A program made the translations under genes and the position numbers. DNA of 57,620 bases, the filler included, from Sphacelaria rigidula (taxonomy: Eukaryota), in assembly GCA_964200075.2 (NCBI GenBank). It is 9 parts of 9 records of this genome, joined end to end, with 100 filler letters (N's around TTAATTAATTAA, not from the genome) between each part and the next. Parts side by side here need not be neighbours in the genome. Positions count along the whole stretch, not along the records: positions 51,308 to 57,620 come from CAXNAA020020837.1; 8 more parts are not named here. One strand, 5' to 3'. Shown in pieces: positions 51,951-57,620 of the stretch; the first letter of the stretch is position 1, and the number at the start of each line of letters is the position of its first letter. A model generated the notes under the pieces. That model saw only the letters and a program-made list of their open reading frames with translations. It was not told the origin of the DNA and searched no databases.

Positions 51951-52253
51951 AAGGGAATCAGGGGGGGTGGATTTCAGGGGACGGCGAGATCGCAGGATAC
52001 TCAGGAGTTCTGTATTGCAATTTTGATCAACGTGGATGAGGATAAAGTGATCGGGTCGACTTGCTGTGTGTTCTCGCCCATCGAAGAAAATATGGAGGGA
52101 CTGGTGACACGTGGGGCTCCGTGTGTTATCTCCAGATCTTGAAAGATGGGAGCTGAAACCACCAATATGAAGTGAGAACAGAGAAGGAAAAAAAAACGTG
52201 TTTGTCGCTTTGAAAGAAGCACCTGCATAGCACAAGGTAATGACTGCATACTA

Positions 52254-52797
52254 CAGTAGTGGGCGGTCTAACTAATCATTTTGTGGCATTTTGTGACTTT
52301 TTCGTAGTTGGCGATTTTCTTCGGCTCTTTTCGCTTTTCACCGCTCATCACATCGGGGATCTGAGGATATTTGAATCCGCTCAACATTCGAAGAAAAAAA
52401 AAACATTTGCACTCGATATTGAGTGACTTACGGGCTGACCGGTCATCGGGGGTCCTGCCACGTTTCAGCCCCGATTCTTAATCCTCTGTATTTGCAGTCG
52501 ATCGAACCTGTCCCGATCATATTTATGAGAAGTGTACAGTTTTATTTTTCTTCTGCCTACCCATTGCACCAGGGCCGAAAAACTGTGTTTCACGGTCAAT
52601 AACACCCTCCTGGTAAACGGGGTATTTACTCGTTTCGCCCGATAACACCAGCTGACACTGACTTGGGCACTGTTTTTCGAGGATGATCGATTCATTGTAC
52701 CAAAATCTACCGAAGCCAGCAATTTCGAGTTTCATCGAAGAGTAGTACGCGAGGAAATACCCGAAACACCCCCAAATAGTTAGACCGCCCACTACTG
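52254..52797. mobile_element. Tc1/mariner-type MITE (544 bp)
   Basis: Perfect 21-bp TIR CAGTAGTGGGCGGTCTAACTA; TA TSD at 52252-52253 and 52798-52799. Confidence 0.9.
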
Positions 52798-53551
52798 TAT
52801 CATGATTTCAACACGACCACGAGTACGATGGATACGGTACAATACGACGCAAGAAACGCCGAGATCGTTGTCACGACTACTATTGCGCTGAGGGGAGAGG
52901 GTGGAGTCTGAACGATGCTTTTGTAATGTTCCAAAAAGCTGGTGTAACACCACGTAATGTCGTCAACATATATATAGATTTTACATTTTGAAACTGACGG
53001 CCCTTTTGTGTGAGCAGTCACCATACACCACGCCCGCCTCATCATAACCCTGACTCGCATAAACGTTTCGAGTGAGTAAACAAGGAAGAGACCAGCTGCT
53101 GAATATCGCCGCAGAGCGGTCGGAGGAGTCTGAGCGGTGTTCTGTGTTTCGTTCAACAACGGTCATGGAACAATCACACCGGTTTCCTGATAATTTTATC
53201 GCGGAGGAGCGAGAAAATGCCTGATTCCCAAACAGTACTGGAAATGTCTACAAACAGGACCAACTCACAACCATTACGCTTGCACACTGTGAAAGTACCG
53301 TGTTCTGCAAGGGGAGGGGGGGGGGGGGGGGGGACTAACCAATTCGCGGGCCGCCTTCATATGGTCCTCACACGCGGGGGGGGGGGGGGGGGCCCACTGA
53401 TCTTGCATGCCANNNNNNNNNNAATGCTGGTGGGGGGGGTACGCGTGGGATGTGGGGTGGGGTCGGGGCGGGGGTCTGGCTGCTCTTCCGCTGTACTCAT
53501 CAATTCGCGTGCCGCATTCATATGATCATCACACGCAGGGGAGGGGAGGGG

Positions 53552-53640
53552 GTACTCATGATCTTGCATGCCATCATCTCGAGATCACTGACCTCACGTC
53601 CGTACAAAGCCGGCACGGGGCACACCGAGTTTTCGCCGGA
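53552..53640 (-). mobile_element. Family A 3' fragment with 12-bp TSD
   Basis: GGAGGGGAGGGG at 53540-53551 and 53638-53649 (3-nt microhomology at the truncated end). Confidence 0.8.
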
Positions 53641-53802
53641 GGGGAGGGGCAAAAAACGTTGATAAAATCTAACAACTAGGCCAGACAATAAACCATTCTT
53701 GTCTAAAAACACTGGATCGATGGACGATTGAAAACCACACAACTTGGAGAAATCGATCAAGACATCTGATGTCAGCGGAGCACTATGCAACGATTGACAC
53801 AC

Positions 53803-53916
53803 CTGAAGAGCCTCCTCGTCGCGAAGCATAGCCCACAGCCGCGCTTCCGTGAGTCTCCAGCCGACAAGATCTGCCCCCAACACCATCCAAGTCTCCGACA
53901 GACAAGACTGCCGAAC
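53803..53916 (-). CDS. LamG/ConA-domain protein, exon
   Basis: VRQSCLSETWMVLGADLVGWRLTEARLWAMLRDEEALQ resembles the LamG C-terminal EVRIWxxxRxxEEI motif. Confidence 0.68.
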
Positions 53917-54321
53917 CTGAATCCCGCATGTGACCAAAATCAAATCGGGGGAGAGGACGGGGGCTCATCAATACAAAGGGAGGACAAGTGAGATTTCGCA
54001 AGCACCGTGAATGAAGCAAACCACTTGTTCAGAATCGACAGCTGCTACAATGGGCTGTCCAGCAGGGTCCACGTTTAAACACTCAATTTCCAAACACTTA
54101 CTTCCCAGTCTAAAACTGGTTCTCTTGCCTGATTGACGAGTTCAAGTGAAACCACCGTCAAGCCCAAGATACAAAAGCATGAACACCCAGGGCTTCCCTG
54201 ACATCATCGGCAAGCCGAAATAATTTGTGTCAACAACCACAGCCCCCCCCCCCCCCCCCCCCCACCCCGCACGGCCCCCACCCGCCCGGGGCCCCCCCCG
54301 CCCCTTCCTAGCGTGGCGTGC

Positions 54322-54420
54322 ACGAACCTGGTCCGGCGAAAATCTGGGGTGCTCCGTCCCGGCTTTTTAGGGATGCGAGGTCAATGGTCTAATGACTACG
54401 ACGTGCAAGATCATGAATAC
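54322..54420 (+). mobile_element. Family A 3' fragment
   Basis: CCTGGTCCGGCGAAAA...GGGATGCGAGGTCAATGGTC...GATCATGAATAC. Confidence 0.75.
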
Positions 54421-55413
54421 CACACACACAAGCGCGCGGGCCCACGCACACTGATTGGTCGTTCAGAGCTGGATTGCGGGTGACAAGGAGTTTCTCAACC
54501 TGCTTGTAGAGGAAGAAAAAAAAACACAGAACGAAGCAAAAGCGGCATGGTGCTCGTACCACAGTGTGTACCACATTTTTCGACATCCTCATCCTTGACT
54601 TTGACCATCCTGCCGCGACGACTTGCGTGTAGTGTAGTAGTGACGGTGCGTGTCCTCGCAAAAGACACGCACGCATGACAAAAAAAAAAAAAAAAAGAGA
54701 AAAGAGAAAAAGAGGAGAAAGAAAAAAAAAAAAAAAAAAAAACACCCACACAAAAAAACAACCAAAAAACAACACACCCACNNNNNNNNNNTTTGCCCAT
54801 CGTGCCGTAAATCTTGCCGTGGAGTGTAGATGTGCGGCTTGGTATCCCCACAAAATAAGCCAAGGAAAAAAAAAAAAAAAAAAAAAAAGCGAAGTGTGTA
54901 CGAGCGTGGCAGGTATCCCGGGCGCACGCAAGTGCAGCGGAAGTACGGAACAGAAGGCAACGACAAATGACGAATGACAAACGATGAACGATAAACTCCC
55001 ACCGAAAACCTGGAATCCTACAAACACGCTCTCGTACCTGGCCAATGTCTGTCGGATCATCCCTTGGCCACGGCCGAATACAGCAAAACACTCACACACA
55101 CACACACACACACAACGCAAGCCCCCCAATCGACACATACACACGCACGACAAAACCATGATGAAAAAAAAAAAATGTACCGTATTTTGCCTTATCGTCA
55201 AAACATTTTTTCCAATGTTTTGTTTTCAGAGTTTCGGGAGAAGTCACTCCGTGAGCGCTTCTACATCACGTAAGGGATATCAACAGCAGCGACGGTACTG
55301 GAAAGGCGAGCCTACGTTCATGACCACGGGTTCAACAGACCGGGCTAATGTGCGGAAATAGTAAATAAATAAATGAACAAGAATAACTATTTCTCGATGT
55401 GACTGAGACGGAC

Positions 55414-55611
55414 CTTGTTGAAGCGACACGTGCCCACAGCCTTCCTCTGCCCGTCTAGGCAAATCCTCACTTCCGCCGAGCTCTCATCGCTGGAAGTGTC
55501 TATGGTCACCGCTACATGCGCCCATCGGTCCCAGCTAAAAGCACCGCTCTTCAATCGAAAAGGTTTTTGTTGGATGAACACAAACGGGTCGGGAGCGCGA
55601 CGGAAACAAAC
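55414..55611 (-). CDS. LamG/ConA-domain protein, exon
   Basis: 198-bp phase 0-0 exon with WAHVAVTID...VRICLDG (WxHVAVT...YxDG motif). Confidence 0.72.
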
Positions 55612-56340
55612 CTACATCAGTATATGGGTCAAGAGAAAAGAAGGGAAAATAATCCAGCGGAGAGATCATCACACAATGTGCGCACGCACATCGTTGCTGA
55701 CCTGGCTGCTTTTTCGTTTTCTTTTTTTTCTCCCCCTGAAGGAACAAGGTAACCTGACCCAACACTTACCGCGCATGCGGGTTCGTGCGCCGATTACCCG
55801 GAGGCTCCGCTGGACTGCCTCGCGGCAGTCATGTGGGGCGGGCGCCCGGGGCGTTCGCAAGTTTTGCTCAACGCAGTGTGGGTATGCGACCCGCTAAAAC
55901 CCCCTGTCAACGTGGCACAGTGCACCGCCGCCCTACTATCATGTGGTGCGGCCCTAGGTGCTGACCTGTTGCTCTAGGCCGTCCGACGTGGAGAAACACG
56001 GTCGACTCGGGTCGAGCCTGCTCAACTATTTCCAGCATCGGCACGTTCTAGCACCATGCTCAACAACGGTAGTTGCACGGCCGTGATACGCAGCGATGTG
56101 AGAAGCTGCGGCACGGTGTTGCACTGCACTACCTGCTCGTGGAATAAAATACCCCCCCCCCCCCCCCCCCCCCCACACCCAACCAACCCCCCGCACACAC
56201 AACAACCAAAAGCACCCGCCCCCCNNNNNNNNNNGGTCTTTCCACGGCCTTGAGACCCGGCGATCGGGAAAGCTGCGCCCGGGTTGTTCCCTCCCTTCCC
56301 CGCTCTGGGATTAAAATCCCCCCCCCCCCCCCCCCAACCC

Positions 56341-56380
56341 TCAATGGTCGAACGACCAAGGCAAGCAACAAATGAGTGCG
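56341..56380 (+). mobile_element. Family B 3' fragment between C-tracts
   Basis: TCAATGGTCGAACGACCAAGGCAAGCAACAAATGAGTGCG. Confidence 0.75.
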
Positions 56381-56977
56381 CCCCCTCCCCCCCCTTCCCA
56401 CCGTAGAATGCCATTTTGATTGATTTTTTCGTTGATTGTCGTACTTTAACTGACCCCCCCCAGGGATCCATCCGTGGTCACATGACAAACGTACCCAAGA
56501 CAAAAAAAAGCAACAACTGAAAACACTCATGCTAGCATTTTTCAGCTTCCTCCCGAGAGGATCGGTTTGATGGGGGCTGTGACGACCTCGTCGAATCCCG
56601 TGTCGTGATGGGTGAGACAGGAAAAACATACATTCTTCGATGACGTGTTTCAGCTTCTTTCACCCAAGGAGAGGGTTTGGTGTGTGATCAAAACGTTATG
56701 AAACCGAGATCGGGACATGTACTTCGACGACGACCCGAGAATGCAAACGCCATACTCTACTGCTTCGGAAATCAGGATCCCTGACGCATTCCAAGGCACC
56801 CCAAGGATTTCGCATTGATGGGGCAAGAACACGTGTCGGGGCAAGGGGTGCTGGTGATAGTTCTCAGCGTCAATCCTTCACGTGAAGAGCGCGGAGAATC
56901 AAGATCGAACAAGTGAGGGAAAAAAAAAAGCGGGTCCAAAAACAATCCCAACGCCTTGTACTACTCACAGGTACTGA

Positions 56978-57335
56978 TGTGTGTGTTGTGTGTTGTCATC
57001 CCGTCTATTCTAGATGCCAGTCTACACCTTTCGGAATATGTGGGCGCATCAGCCGGGGTCACACAGGAGGAAGGCCAACACAGGAGCTTTTCATTTTTTA
57101 TTTTGTTGTAGTACTCAACCTTCCCTCTGCGGTGCTTGACTTATTTCTTATCGCGAGAGGGGTTCAGCACTCCCTTTCCCTCGTCGACCGTGAAGTCGAA
57201 TTTTGTGTACCCACGACACGGTTGCTTTCCATTGTTGGGCATGGTGTAAAAACAAACACCACATCACTCCGAGATTCGAACCCACAACCCAACCGTCAGA
57301 AGATTTCGAGGTTACCGACTGGGGCAACCAGCTAC
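56978..57335 (-). mobile_element. Near full-length tRNA-derived SINE (~360 bp) with (CA)n-like tail
   Basis: Head with B box GGTTCGAATC; tail region also present at 51135-51207. Confidence 0.78.
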
Positions 57336-57620
57336 CGATGACCAAATTGTAATAACACCGTAAAATCTCTCTCTCTCTATATATATATACATGCGCTTCA
57401 TTTTTTCCGTGTTTCCCCTGCTTTATACCCCCCCTCCGGCGATTAATGACCCTTCGTGACCAAATAGCTGTGCAATTTTCAAGGGAGCGCGAGCGCGGGC
57501 GTGTATTTGCGTGAAATTTCGTGAATTCCTCCGACCCGCGATGAGCGGAGAACCCCCCACCACCACCCCCCCCCCCCCCCCCCACCACGCAGACAACGAC
57601 CAAACGAACCACCACAGCTA

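Noticed and set aside
54389..55201. 270-aa ORF and overlapping ORFs
   Set aside because: Produced by poly-T and (TG)n tracts and an N gap.
1..57620. CRISPR array, rRNA, hammerhead ribozyme or prokaryotic operon
   Set aside because: No repeat-spacer array, rRNA signature or complete CTGANGA/GAAA core with stems was seen by eye; the genes found are spliced eukaryotic genes.

Overview
This window is eukaryotic and is not one contiguous locus. It consists of nine contigs of 6314 or 6313 bp in decreasing length order (1-6314, 6415-12728, 12829-19142, 19243-25555, 25656-31968, 32069-38381, 38482-44794, 44895-51207, 51308-57620), joined by artificial 100-bp spacers (N44-TTAATTAATTAA-N44). Short exons in long repeat-rich introns, a stramenopile-type signal peptide plus 'SAF' plastid presequence and FNIP repeats suggest a brown alga (inference). 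Manually spliced partial genes: a GH36 raffinose synthase/Sip1-family enzyme, a PPR protein, an SDS22/PPP1R7-like LRR protein, an FNIP-repeat protein, a probably plastid-targeted NAD(P)-binding Rossmann protein and a LamG/ConA-domain protein. Most supplied ORFs look spurious. Non-coding DNA is dominated by mobile elements: a tRNA-headed SINE, piggyBac-, Tc1/mariner- and hAT-like MITEs, 4-bp-TSD MITEs and foldbacks. The most interesting signal is a pair of non-LTR retroelement families (A and B) that share a ~70-nt 3' terminus, lack poly(A) tails and insert at G-runs, with 12-bp target-site duplications visible in two copies. Novelty cannot be confirmed without database searches.
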